DNA from: Eledone cirrhosa
Lineage: Eukaryota
NCBI GenBank assembly: GCA_964016885.1
Contig: OZ024744.1
Span: 52,266,001 to 52,330,000 of the forward strand
DNA: 64,000 bases
Direction: 5' to 3'
The first letter of the stretch is position 1; each line of letters opens with the position of its first letter. A program made the translations under genes and the position numbers. Below, one piece after another: positions 11,815 through 25,179 of this stretch. The notes beneath the pieces are model-generated. The model did no database searches, had not been told where the DNA came from, and saw nothing but the letters and a program-made list of their open reading frames with translations.

Positions 11815-14025
11815 TAGTGGGAAACCTATGAATCTAAGATTTGTAGACAGGAAAAAGTTAAAAGAAACAACAGCCAAGGTAAACAAAGTCATCCCATACC
11901 TTGAGGCGAGGAGCCTTCACCAGTGCAACAATATCCTCAAAGCAACAGCAAATACGGTGAGGAAACTACTTGGTATAAAAGCGAGAGGAAACAACAGACA
12001 AGAAAGAGCAGAGCCTTGGTGGAAGAAACGACTGAGTGGTCAAATCAGGGAAATGAGAAATGACATTGGAAAGCTTGAGTCCCTACTGAATGGGACACTA
12101 AAAAACATAGACACTAAAAATAGACTGGAAATAAAGTACAAAACTAGGAGGAAAAAGCTAAATATTATCATAGAGGAACTGAAGCAACGCATTGTAGCAA
12201 AGAGTGCAAAAATCAGGCGTTACGAGAACAGAGTCAGTCAGTTTAGACAGAACCGCATGTTCGACAACAACCAGAAGATGCTGTTTGGACAGCTTGAAGG
12301 GAAAGAAAGAGGCAACGACTTGATCCCTGAGGCGGAACAAACTAAAACATTCTGGAGAGGAATATAGGAGCAGGATGTTAAACATAATGACCAGGCAGTG
12401 TGGATTGAGACAGTACAGAAGGAGATCAGTGAACAGGCACACCAACAAACTGATTTGAGTATCACAGTTGAAACTCTTAAGGGGCAGGCCAAAAAGCTAA
12501 CCAATTGGAAATCACCTGGCCCAGATGGTGTGCAGGGGTATTGGATTAAAAACATAACATCCCTCCACGCGAAACTGACAACCATGTTCAATGACTGCTT
12601 GATGTCGTGTGAAGTACCAGAGTGGTTGACGAAAGGTGCCACAGTTCTGGTAATGAAAGACCGAATCAAGGGTAATGATGTTACCAACTATAGACCTATC
12701 ACATGTCTGTCCGTAATGTGGAAACTGTTGACAAGCATTGTGTCTGAGGAAATCTACCATCACCTCCACACAAACAACTTGTTTACCGGACGAACAGAAA
12801 GGATGCCGAAAGAAGTCCCGTGGTACAAAGGACCAGTTACTTATTGATAAGATGATAATGAGGAATTACAAGAGGAGACACACTAGTCTTGCCATGGGAT
12901 GGATAGACTACAGAAAGGCATTTGACATGGTGCCTCATTCTTGGATCACCAAAAGCCTGGAGATTTTCAAGGTGGCAGATAACATCAGACAGTTGTTGAA
13001 CAAAAATATGAAGTCCTGGGAAACAGAGTTAACATCAACTGGAGAAACCTTGGGAAGCGTGAAGATCAAGAGAGGTATCTTCCAGGGAGATAGTCTTTCC
13101 CCTCTGTTGTTTGTCCTTGCCCTGATACCCCTGACCAGTGTACTGCGAAAAGTGAGAGCAGGATACAAGTTGGGAAAGGGAGAGATTACCATCAATCACC
13201 TCCTCTTCATGGACGATCTTAAGCTCTTCGGGAAGAGTGAGAAGGAGTTGGATGTGCTTGTTGACACTGTCCGTATTTTCAGTAATGATATATGTATGCA
13301 ATTTGGTATTAGTAAGTGTGGAGTCATTGTGATGAGGAGGGGTAAGTTGAGCAGAAGTAACGGAATGCAGATACCAACAGGTGAGATGATAAAGGAAATT
13401 GACTCCGAGGAAGGATACAAGTATTTGGGCGTTCTGGGGGCTGATGACATCAAGAACAAAAAAATGAAGGAATTGATAAGAACTGAATACCTTCGGAGAG
13501 TAAGGAGCGTATTAAAGTCACATCTGAACAGTAGGAATGCCATAAGTGCAGTAAATTCCCGAGCTGTGTCTATTATTATGTTCCACAAGAGGAGTGATGT
13601 CGATAGAGATCTGAAGATGGAAGATCAGAAGGTGGAAGATCTGAAGGTGGAAGAGGTCTTATCAGCATAGAGGACTGTGTTCAGATGGAGAAAAACAACC
13701 TACACAAATACGTGACTGATAGTAAGGAGCCAATGCCCAGAACTGTACTGAAGGAGGGGACAATAGGCCAGGGGATGTCCAAGGAGGAAATAACATCAAG
13801 GAGAAAGAGCAGCCTTCAGGAAAAATCCCTTCATAGTACCTTCTTTGAGAAAACTGAATTTAGAGATCCACAGACATGGAACTGGTTGAAAAGAGGAGAC
13901 CTTAAAAAGGCTAGAGAAGGAATGTTAATGGCTGCGCAGGAGCAGGCCCTCAAAACGAAGTGGTTGAAACACAACATTTACAAGGAGGAGGCTAGTCCAC
14001 TGTGCAGGATCTGTGGAGAGCAGTC
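11815..14025 (+). mobile_element. Dong/R4-like non-LTR retrotransposon, truncated, with RT and start of CCHC region
   Basis: [88 protein letters not shown]; stop, frameshift and internal deletion near 13580. Confidence 0.92.
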
Positions 14026-14844
14026 TGTGAAAGACATAACTATATCGTGGAGTAACTTCTTCACTTCCATTCAGTAAAAGTTCACTCTCAGTTAAAATAT
14101 ATGGCATGACAAATGATATTTATAACAAACACTGATGAGTTAAAGATAAACAAATTTTATTTGCCTCTTCGTGCTGATTAATATTAAAGTTTTTTTTTTA
14201 CCGATGTGTGCTATATTATCATCATTAGCAGCAGCAGCAGAAGTTGCAGTACCATTTAATAAATAATGTTTATGGTTGTATGCGATAGAAGGTTCGTCAC
14301 ACACTGTGATTAGACAGATCAGGTGACCACTCTGGCACATGCGTTCTCTTTTTGCATGCTTTCTATGAATGGATGCTGTTCTTAACGCCAAACACTTTAC
14401 AGAGCCGACTGGGAGATTTTCACCATGGCACCGCTCTACAATCTCATGGGATAGATTGGGTGTATCTTATCGTAGCACCAACACTATCATTTTACAGGGT
14501 GGATTGGATGAGTTTTTTTTTATATCATGGCACCAGCCACATCATTTTTATATCAACATAATTCAAGATATTATTGAAATGTTACTATTTACTGATCAAC
14601 AGGAAACTGATACAAATGATGCAATGTTTTATAAGACTCTGGAGAAATATTTCAATGATAATTTTTGTATATTTATCTGCACTAAGAATATATAGCTGAA
14701 TATAATTTCATTATGTGAACCCTCACCTTCTTTAGTAATTTACTTAAAAATTGACCATACTGGACTCAACTCCCAGGAGAGTGTAGAACACATATATACA
14801 TAAGTAAAGGAAACGATAGTACACATATGTAACAGCAGTACACG

Positions 14845-14916
<72 letters not shown>

Positions 14917-14955
14917 AAATATAAAACAATCAAATTTTAGTTTAACACATTTAAT

Positions 14956-15002
14956 TGCTGACGATTGTTTCTTCCGGAGAACTGGCTGATTTCATCGGAG
15001 CA
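14956..15002 (-). ncRNA. Hammerhead ribozyme, U4C core variant (stem II decayed)
   Basis: Minus strand TGCT-CCGATGA-...-GAAAC AATC GTC-AGCA; same family as 22693-22739. Confidence 0.6.
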
Positions 15003-15114
15003 TACACAATGTTTAAACAAGTAATTATAATCATAGTCTTCAGAACATTCATGAAGATACATTACTATTGATGGTGTCAGTGACATCATATTGAAAATCA
15101 GAAGTGAAAAAAAA

Positions 15115-18100
15115 GATAGCTCTGACAACGCAGCCTTCGTGCTTTGCATTGAAGAAGTGGTCAAGGGCCAATTTCGCCGCATGTACTTCGGTCGCGATGT
15201 CTTTGCTAAGCGCCTCGTCTAATTTTCTAACTAGTTCTCCCTCTGCTCTATTTTTCTCTATCGCTAAAGCCTTATTAAACCTAATGGACTCTATTCTAAT
15301 CGCTCTTTTCAGAGCAAACCACCATCTGTTGTTGACGATGGCCCCCGTCAACGACCGCTTAACTAGTTCGCTAATCCGGTCTCTGTAGGCCTTGTGTGCT
15401 GGTAAGAACGCTTTTAGCTTCCAGTAGCCGGGTCCTCGTCTATGAAGCCTATTTAAGTTAAGCACACAGATCACGAATTTGTGGTCCGTGTAGCTGACTC
15501 TCTTGAATTGTGGACAGCCTATCCTAGAGCTATCTATTTCCCTACAAAATACTCTATCTAGATATAATCTGGATGACCCTATGCGATGTCCACATTGGCA
15601 CATTCGGGAAATCCAATCGGTACCTGCCAGACAGTTCAAAACGCCTGAGCAGGTTGGTGAGGCTCTTGCACCCTCCTCCCCTATCCGCTAATCCCACACA
15701 GTCCCAGCGTGCATCTAAGGTCTCGTTCCAGTCGCCCACTAACACTAAAGGGCGAGACGTTCCAAGAAAGGTCTACAGACGCCGGAAGATATCAGGCTGC
15801 CCTGCTCCTGTCGGGGCATAGACGGCCACTAGCCTGAAAGCATGCCCGTCTCCGCTGGTCACGTCCAGCACCACCAACTTACGTTCTGGGTTCAGGAAGA
15901 TGGCCCTTATGGCGAGTTCCAAACCTCTCCGAAAAAGCACAGCAACTCGTCCCCTCGATCCCGGACGGCTGGGAGATGCGTACACATCGTAGCCGGCGAA
16001 GATCGGTGCGAAGGCCCGTGCTTCGGAGATTCTGGTCTCGCTGATGGCCACTACATCTATGTTTAGTAACCTGATGTCGTTGAGCAGGTGGCCCTGCTTC
16101 CATGACGACCCCAAGCCACGCGCATTTATGCTGCCTATTCTGAGTGAGGTTATGTTGAAATGGAGTGGAAAACATGGGAAAGACCACTTACCGTAATTTT
16201 CGTAGAGGAAGGATGGTTTCTCCATCCCTTTTCACTTGATCGTCTGGTGAAGGGACCCTTGAATCGTCCCTTCGGCTGGTCGTCGGCTCTTCTATGAGTA
16301 TGTCCGAATATACTCTCCGGTTGAGAGTCCCTCCTAGGTTTCTGAAATCACCAACTGCGTTGGGGAATTTCGTTTTAATGTTTGTGTATTGTTTCTGTGC
16401 TATTCTTACCAGTCTTATGTTCGTTGGCGTTTTGATTGGTGCTGGTATTATGTAGTCGTTTCTGAAATGTCTGTGTGTTCAATTATGTAAGTCATTAGTT
16501 TCTTGTTGTGTGTATTTATTGCCGTGCATTTGTTTTTCTGGGGGTGGGGTGTGGTTCTGCTATTTTCTTGTCGTTGTTGCTGGGTGTGTGTGTTTTGTTG
16601 TTGTGTTTACGATGTTGGTGCTTATGGTGGTGGTGTTGAAGGTGTTGTTGTTGTTTGCGGTGGGGTTGTCGCCGGTAGTGATGGTAGTGCTAGTGTGGGT
16701 GGTGATGGTGTTGGTGGTGTTGCTGCTGTGAGTCTATTTGCAGTAGCCTTTACCCTTTTTTCATTTCTTTCCTCCCTTTTCGAAGGCGACGATGCGCTGC
16801 TTCTGCGTTTGTGCCTTCTTGCGACCTTTTCCCATCCCTCTCACACCTCACACTCCATGTCTGATTCTGTGAGGTCGGGATGGGTACCAGCTCCACTCTT
16901 TCACTTGTTGTTGTTGGTGATGTTTGCAGTGGAGTCTCCGTTGCAGCTGCAGTTGGTATTACTGTTGTTGTTGTTAATACTTCCACTACTGCTGCTGTTC
17001 TTGATTTCTGTGGAGTGGGTATGGGTGCCACGGACTTATCGTTCCTGGTTGCCGCTTGTCCTGTTGCTGGTAGCAGTGGAGCCGGTTTCGGAAGAAGGGG
17101 GGTTTTCTCCTTTCTCAGGGTCTTCTCGTTGCAGAAGGCCCTGAGGTGAGTCTTCGATCAACAGCGAAAGCATTTCGGGCGTTTTCCCTCAACACTTATG
17201 GGCAGTTGAGTGCCGTTATCGAAGTCTATCACATCCGGGATAGCTTCGAGGCACTCCTGGTTGGTTTGGATTAGCATCTCAATGGAGGAGCCGACCCAAT
17301 CTTCTCTTACTTTTTTCTGTACTTGCAGTACAGTTGTTTTGTCCTCGATTCCGACGAGGATAGACGCGACCAGCCAAGAAGGGGCCATCCCGGGGAGGAC
17401 GTGTGTCAGTTTGACCCTCACAGTTTTTTGTCCGCAGTAGGAGGGCACCAACACCATTTCCTTGCTCCTTAGCGTCACTAAGGATTGAGTCTTTGCCTCC
17501 TGGGGTGTGGCAAAAAGCACGTCTGCGGTGGCATATTTCTTGCCTCGGGTGATATGCGTTTTCCGCTGCCACACAGACCCTAAGGCTTTTTGTATTTGAG
17601 CCTCTGTGGCTCTTTCAACCCTACGGGATTTTGTGCTTACTGTACGGTACGTGACCGTACAGTGCTGTTTGGGTTTCGAAAAACTTTTTGGCTGCTTTGC
17701 AGATTGCTCGGTGTCCGGTTTTCGTCACCATCTTCTTTGCTTCCTCTAATTCCTCATTTGTTATGAGGATGGTTTCCAGGTTCTTTGCGATACCTGCAAA
17801 CGAATTTAGTTTTTCTTTGCTGTTGTCGTTGTTGTTGTTGTTGTCGTCAGAGCTGCTGTTACTTTTGTTGTTGCTGCAGGTCCTACAACTACTGCCGCCG
17901 CCACTGTTGCTGTGGTTGTTGTTGTTGCTGCTGCTGCTGTTGTTGTTGCTGCTGCTGCTGTTGTTGTTGCTGATGCAGCTAATGCTGTTGTTGTTTATGC
18001 TGCTGCTGCTAATGCTGTTGTTGTTTATGCTGCTGCTGCTGCTGTTGTTTTTATTGTCACTGTTGCTGCTGCTGCTGTTATTACGGCTGCTAGTGCTATT

Positions 18101-18470
18101 ATTCATGACGTCAGACGAATGAAATGGGTTTTCGTATTTACCGCACACCTTTTTCGTCGTTTTCGTCGTCGTGGAGAAATGTTCCATGTTTTGCACGTGA
18201 TTTTGGAAACTATTTTTCTTTACTGGCGTCGCTTGCGAAAGAGAAGGGAGGGAGAGAGACAATCTTCTCTCTGCTGTAGTGACGATTGAGGAAGAAGAAG
18301 ACGGAATGAGTCGGAGTGACTTGTGAAAATTATTTTTTATAGCCATGTTTCTTTTTGGTTTAAAATAAATATTGGGCAGAAAACCCCAATAAGCGGTTAT
18401 TTAACCCCGACGGGCCAAATAACGGGCTGAAAGACCCCTCTCACGAGGAGGAGGGTGTTTTTGTCTAAAA
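15115..18470 (-). mobile_element. L1/Tx1-like LINE: ORF1 and APE endonuclease of ORF2, 3'-truncated
   Basis: ORF1 pieces from 18346 down to about 16250 with S/N low-complexity tract and knuckle start KRPKCFRC; ORF2 LRIGSINARGL, DVVAISET, LVAVYAP, LVGDWN, YLDRV, YTDHK, GPGYWKL. Confidence 0.85.
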
Positions 18471-19435
18471 TTTGGTTAAATTTGCGAAAACCACACAAAA
18501 GATCCCGGCCACCCTGATCACCACAGTCACCCTGACCACCACGGCAAGCGCCCTCTCTCAAATTTTTCCATTTCTCAAACTACAGGCGTATATTCAGAGC
18601 GGTCCAGTTCACTCGGACCATTCTCGCTACAGTCACCCACCTTTCAACAAACTTGCTAGAAGGCAGCACTAGCCTCTCCGCCCTGATTTTCCTCTTCAAG
18701 TGAAACTTGAAAAAGTTAATCAGGGATTCCCCGAAGAGGAAAGTATCTGCCTTTAACCCTTTCAACCTTGTCCACCACACAATCTCTTTCGCCATGGACA
18801 CCAGGCAGATGAAAACCGCCTGCCCTTCCTCCTCGAAGGAAGACAGCGAGACCATCTGCACAATGGACTCAGTCGATAACCGGATCAGTCCTACACGCGA
18901 GAGCAACTGTTCGACATAGCTCCACAAGCCAGCAATGCTCGGGCACTGAACGAGTGCGTGCACGACGGTTTCCTCGCTCAGCGCGCATATCGGACAGGCT
19001 CGGCTGACGGCACTTCCGTGCCTTCAGAGCTTATCTCGAACCAGAAACGATCCCCGGTAGCACTGCCAGGCCAGGAAGTTATCCATAGGCCCTGGGCTGA
19101 AAGTTCTCCGGAAGAGAGCAAACAGCTGATCTTCTTCGATGTCTAGGATCTCTCCGAGAACGTCGTCGCTCTTCCCCTCCACTAGTCTTCTATAGAACGC
19201 CGAGGTGGATGTTCCATCGATACTGGTGCCCAGCTGGCAGAGGGCAGTGAGCGCCTGGAGACATTCCAGTTTCCAAGCGCTATCTCTCGGTCTTTTCTTG
19301 ACCCAGGACTGCAGCTCCGTCAAGGAGACGAGCTGTGGGAAAACGTGCCTGGTGAACGGCGACCACACCTGTTCACCGTCAAGGAAGCAACAGAGATGTC
19401 GCAGCCTCAGCGCATGTTTGCGCATCATCAGCCAA
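18471..19435 (-). mobile_element. 3' end of an L1/Tx1-like ORF2 (zf-RVT region) plus 3' UTR
   Basis: LAWQCYRGSFLVRDKL followed by CPIC..ETVVHALVQCPSIAGLW, a typical L1/Tx1 C-terminal CCHC. Confidence 0.8.
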
Positions 19436-22285
19436 TCCTCCACTAATGAAGTCATAGATTGGTTCAATAATATCGAAAATAAGAAAAATCATAAATTCAT
19501 TCAAATGGACATAGCGAGTTATTATTCCTCAATAAATCCTAACCTACTAAATAAGGCGCTTTCATATGCATATAAACACACGGATCTATCTAGTGACGAG
19601 ATTAATATAATTTTAACGGCAAGGCGAACCTTGATCGATTCTAATAATGATTTTTGGACTAGATCTGATAGGCAGAAAAACCTTGGCATTACTATGGGCT
19701 CATCTGACTCCCCGCAAGTTACCCATCGTGTGGGAATTTTCTTCCTTAATATGATAAATAGAAAACTGCAGGAGATTTACCGGTGGTTTATATAGAGACG
19801 ACATATTATTTACTGTAGTTAGACATAATAATAGCGAATTAAATAGAGTAAAGAAAGTAATTATAGAATTCTTTAAAAATGATGACCTAAAATTAGAAGT
19901 AGAAAATAATAATAAAATAGTTAATTTTTTAGATGTAACTCTTAATTTAAACTCAGGCCTGTATTACCCCTTCCATAAACTCAATGAAAACTTAAATTAT
20001 GTTAGCTTTTACTCTAATCAACCTAAAAGTGTTAAAAATGTAATAGTCAATAGTGTCCAACAACGAATATCCAGACTATCTGCTAATAGATCCATATTTA
20101 ATAGTAAAGCTGTATATTATAATGAAACGTTACATAAAGCAGGATATAAAAAATAATATTGAATATGGGGGAAAAAAAATAATATTAATTATAAACACAG
20201 TATTCATAATAATAAAAATAGAACTGACTATAAAAACAACAACTTGAGGAATAAATAGGGCAAAAAAATAAGGACTAGATCTATAATTTGGTATGCTCCG
20301 CCAGCATCTTTAGCTATTAAAACACCTTTAGCACATTTACTGTTTAAAGCCTTGGATTTCCCTAGATCACATAATTATTACTCTATCTTCAATAGACACA
20401 CAGTTAAAGTCTCTTACTCAACAACTATGAATATTGCTCAAAATATTGCAAAAATTAATAGTAAAATTCTTAATTTGAACCAGCATATAATTAGCGATAA
20501 TAATAATAATAATAATAATACATTAGTTAATGTGAATAACAATAACAATAGTTTAAATATGAATAATAGCAGAACACCTAGAAATAATAATGATAATACG
20601 AATATAGAAATAACATTGAATTGAATTGTAACTGTAGAAGGAAATCTGAATGCCCTTTACAAAATAATTGCCTTGACAAGAATCTTGTGTATAAATGTAC
20701 CATTAAGACAAATAATAATATTACTTATATCTACATTGGTGCCACTGCATCGAACTTTAAGTTTCGTTTCTCCAATCATAAACATTCGTTTTCTAATCAA
20801 TATAAACAAATTTCCACATCACTATCACAATTAATATGGTCTTTGAAAGAGAAAAATATTAAATACTCAATTCCTTGGAGTAAATTAAAGAATTCTGATT
20901 CCTACCAGAACGCTTCCATTTCACCATATTGCAATCTTTGCAATTTAGAGACTCTATTAATAATTACAAATTATGGTAATTTAATTAATAAGAAAAAAGA
21001 ATTATTTGGAAGTCTGGAAGAACCTTTCAAGCATTATACAAATTTCGAAAAAAATACTGACTATTAATAATTCTTGAAATATTATTATATAAATAACGTT
21101 TTGTCTTACCTTAAAAATTGTATATCGTTTTTATATAGTAAATTAATCTCATGATGAGTTTCGGATCCTAAGTTTGGATTTAGAAAGGTCATTGTTTAAC
21201 TAGAAATTTATGAATTTGTGGTTTGAAATATCTGTTGGCTTTCAAAATACTTAAATATCTTAAATGTTCACATATAATGAACGAGTTATCTTCCTTTGTT
21301 TACATTCTTCGTAAATAATTTCCTTCTGTCCAAATTGCTTGCTAATGTATATTTAACATGATTTATACAGTTTAATAATATATACAAAATCCTTAAAGGG
21401 AAACTATATATAATAAGAGGTAATTACGGAAGTAAAATCGAAATAATAATACTTTTAAGAGTAAATATAACTACTAATTAATCCTGTAATGAAAAGACAA
21501 CCATTGAATTGAAATGATTTTATAATGAAAATAGAATAATTCAGATAATAATTCTTAACATAATATAAATACTGATGGTGATATTTGCATGGGTTTTAAT
21601 AAATATCCTTATACATATTTAATAGGTATTTAAATATGCTTTAAAGATAAAATTGGTTTTGAATATTGTAACAAAATATTTAGTAAATATATTACTTAAT
21701 TAAACTATGGTTCTGATTACTAAAGAAAATATTTTTATATTGTTTAATTTTGATATAATATATTAGTATAATTAGCTTAAACATAACCAAATACAAAAGA
21801 TATTTAAAATTTCATGGTATTTAATTGGACGCCTCTATTTGACTTAATATTTGAAAGCAACGGTCACATAATTTCTCTTTCTTTCTTTTTTGCCGTTATT
21901 TCTTTCTTCTCTCTTCTATCTCTCTCTCTCTTCCTTTTTCTTCCCTAATACGTCTATTTACGCATTTAAATATTTATGTGTGTATTTATTTATTTTCATC
22001 TTGCATTTCCTCATACTCACTCCCTCCTTATACCCATATCTCGCTCCACATCCTCTTCTTCTTTAAATTTAAGTTTATCATGTTATTATTTGTGGTATAT
22101 AAATGTTGAGATTTGTTGTAATAAATCACTACCAATACTGGAATTGAACTATCAAGACCGTTGAGGTATGTCATACATCAATTCATGTATTTTATCTGAC
22201 GAGGAAAAAACAGCACAGTACCTTCGAAATATATATAAAACATTTTGATTATGTGAATGTCTTCATTTATTAATATTCTGAATAA
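19436..22285 (+). mobile_element. Penelope-like element (RT + GIY-YIG), 5'-truncated and degenerate
   Basis: FIQMDIASYYSSI, ITMGS, GGLYRDD, NFLDVTL, IIWYAPP, NCNCRRKSECPLQNNC, YIYIGAT..FKFRFSNHKHSF, CNLCNLE; long AT-rich 3' region. Confidence 0.88.
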
Positions 22286-22380
22286 TATATATATATATAT
22301 ATATATATTATTGAGCGCTTGCCACACATCTTGGAAGTTGTTTATCGCTAATTTCCAAAGCCGAAATACGATTCTCGCTA

Positions 22381-22431
<51 letters not shown>

Positions 22432-22433
22432 TA

Positions 22434-22532
<99 letters not shown>

Positions 22533-22692
22533 TCGATACTTAGAGTAGTAGAGTGGATAATAGAATACTACTTGTATAGTTCGGATCTAGCTGTCGAAAC
22601 GGCCGGAGCTCAGTCGTTAGGGTGCTGACTCTTTTCCCATATATATATATATAAATTACACAATAATCAAAACTATGTTCAAATTATTTTAT

Positions 22693-22739
22693 TGCTGACA
22701 ATCGTTTCTTCCAAAATTTCGTTTGGAATCATCGGAGCA
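22693..22739 (-). ncRNA. Hammerhead ribozyme, U4C core variant
   Basis: Minus strand TGCT-CCGATGA-TTCCAAA CGAAAT TTTGGAA-GAAAC GATT GTC-AGCA; all three stems are formable. Confidence 0.8.
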
Positions 22740-22931
22740 CTAGCTAAGTTTGGACATATAATTAACTTCCTATTAAACTGAACAATCATATAGATACATG
22801 GATATTAATGTTGTCATCAACAGTTTCGTATTTACAGAGTGGAATGGATGTGACAGAGATTACAAGAGAATTTTATAATAATTAAAGAGGGACAGAGTGG
22901 AATGCATGCGACAGAGCTTACAAGAGTATAA

Positions 22932-24748
22932 CACCGTGTAACAAAAAGAGTTTTCTCTGTTCCTGGCTTGTAATCACTTTTTTGTGTTTCTTAGGTCCCA
23001 AATAAATAAAAAAAAGTGCTATTTAACAGTTAAAAGTTTGGGTTTGTAAAAATTCTAAGCTATTCACTAGAATTATTTGTATGCTGGATTTTACATTGTA
23101 TGTAAGTTTAATTTGCATATGTTAAATGATTTTTTTAAAATATATTATTCAGGTTAAATTAAAATTATAAAATAAAGAGTAATAGCTAAAGAAAATTATA
23201 AAAGTGCAATAAAGTATAAAATTGTTAAAAAGTGGATTAAAGAGATTTATTGATACTGGGGTATCAGAAAAAGTCCCTCACTTCCCAAACCAAAAAGAAG
23301 TCAATGACTTGGTCAGGGATATGGGTCTGACCAAGTCCAGTGCAGAGCTATTCGTCTCCAGGATGAAGCAGTGGAACTTGGTCAAGGAGGAAGTGCAGGT
23401 GACGAGTCAGAGAAGTTGACACAAATCTTTCTCAGGATTTTACACTCTTAGGGATGGCCTCTGCTTCTGCCATGACGTGCTTGGACTGTTTAACGTTATT
23501 GGGGTGTCGTTTGTGCCGTTTGTGCCGTTTGTGCCGTTTGTGCCGTTTGTGCTCTTTATAGACAGCACCACCACAACTTTGAAGGCTGTCCTCCTCCACA
23601 ATGGAAACAAGTTCCCGACACTGCCCCTAGCTCATTCAGTCTGTCTGAAGGAAGATTACTACAGTGTGAAAGTTCTCTTGGAATCTCTGCAATACAACCA
23701 GTACAATTGGGAAATCATTGGAGACATCAACATGGTTGCTTTCCTGCTTGGACTCCAAGGAGGCTTTATCAAATTCCAATGCTTCCTCTGACTTTGGGAC
23801 AGCAGGGCCACCTCTGACCACTTCAAAAGAAAGAACTGGGAGCAGCGAACAGAATTTGTAATTGGGACCCGCAACGTCATGTGGGAGCCACTGGTTGATC
23901 CCAGGATTGTGCTCATGCCGCTACTGCACATTAAGTTGGGGTTGATGAAGCAGTTTATGAAGGCTCTCAACCAAGAATCAGCTGCTTTTAAGTACCTTCT
24001 TGAGTTCTTCCCCAAGTTATCTGAGGCCAAAATCAAAGGTGGAATTTTTGTTGGACCTCAGATAAAGAAGGTGTTTGAGTCTACCGAGTTCTCCAATAAG
24101 CTCAATAGGATTGAGAGAAACAGCATAGAACTGTTTCAAGGCAGTTGTTAAGGGCTTTCTGGGCAACTACAGAGCTGAAAACTACCAGAAACTGGTGCAG
24201 GATCTGATAAAGGCTTTTGGCGCCATGGGATGCAGGATGTCGCTTAAACTCCATATACTGGACGCTCACCTGGAAAAATTCAAGGACAATATGGGCGCCT
24301 ACTCAGAAGAACAAGGCGAACGATTCCACCAAGATGTGAAAGAGATAGAGCGGAGGTACCAGGGCCACTACAATGAAAAAATTATGGGGGACTATATCTG
24401 GGGGCTGGTGCGGGAATGCGACCTGGACTACAACCGCAAATCCAGGAAATCCAGTCATTTCTGACGTGTATAAGTTGCTTTATAAGTGTTATTTGTTTTT
24501 ACTTGTTTGCTTTTGATACGCTTGTGTAATAACATAAATATATACTCTGTTGATTTAATTATATGAACTGATAAATTTAAAAAAATGTGTTTTTTCTTGA
24601 AAAATATGAAAATTTCGAAATATCAAACTCCTGACCACAAACCCAAACTTTGATTAAATAATAGTGTTTTTTTTTATAACAATGGTATATAACAAAGCAG
24701 TAAATGACACTTAGATCCGGGGAACAAAAAATATGTTACACGGTGGTG
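22932..24748 (+). mobile_element. Chapaev3-like DNA transposon with disrupted transposase
   Basis: TIR CACCGTGTAACA (22932-22943) / TGTTACACGGTG (24734-24745), TAA on both sides (extra GTG on the right); LFIDS..LKAVLLHNGN, WEPLVDP..PLLHIKLGLMKQF, MSLKLH..GAYSEEQGERFHQD. Superfamily assigned from remembered motifs. Confidence 0.75.
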
Positions 24749-25179
24749 TAATTAAAGAGGCATTAAGGTAGAAAGTTACTCGTAAAAAGAGGACACTAGC
24801 ATTACATATGCAAACGTATAGAGAGTGCAAATTCGTTAGGCAGCATATACAGGACAGCTACGTAGGAAACAGCATATACAGGACAGCTAGGTAGGTACTA
24901 GGCATATATAATTACTGTATAGCAAAGGTATCACATAAAATAACAGGTTTACAAGCATATCAAGCAGGCAAAGATGTTTGTGATTTAAAATTATGAGTTT
25001 ATGGTGGATGTAGTGTGATAATTTATATTCCTGCTCTGTAAAACATCTGATGTATTTACATTGAGCTATTTTTCTAACTGGTAATAAGGTAGTAATGAGT
25101 TACTGACCTTTCCTGTTTATAGTTGTATATAGTGTATATATAAATATAAATAATATTATTATTATAATATATATATATG

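Noticed and set aside
18425-18460. HDV-like ribozyme suggested by CTCCTCGTGAG on the minus strand
   Set aside because: I could not find P1/P2 partners; a simple hairpin explains it.
22191-22240. Hammerhead CTGACGA...GAAATATATA at the 3' end of the 19.4-22.3 kb PLE
   Set aside because: The position is plausible, but stem II is weak and stem I is out of register; probably a decayed copy.
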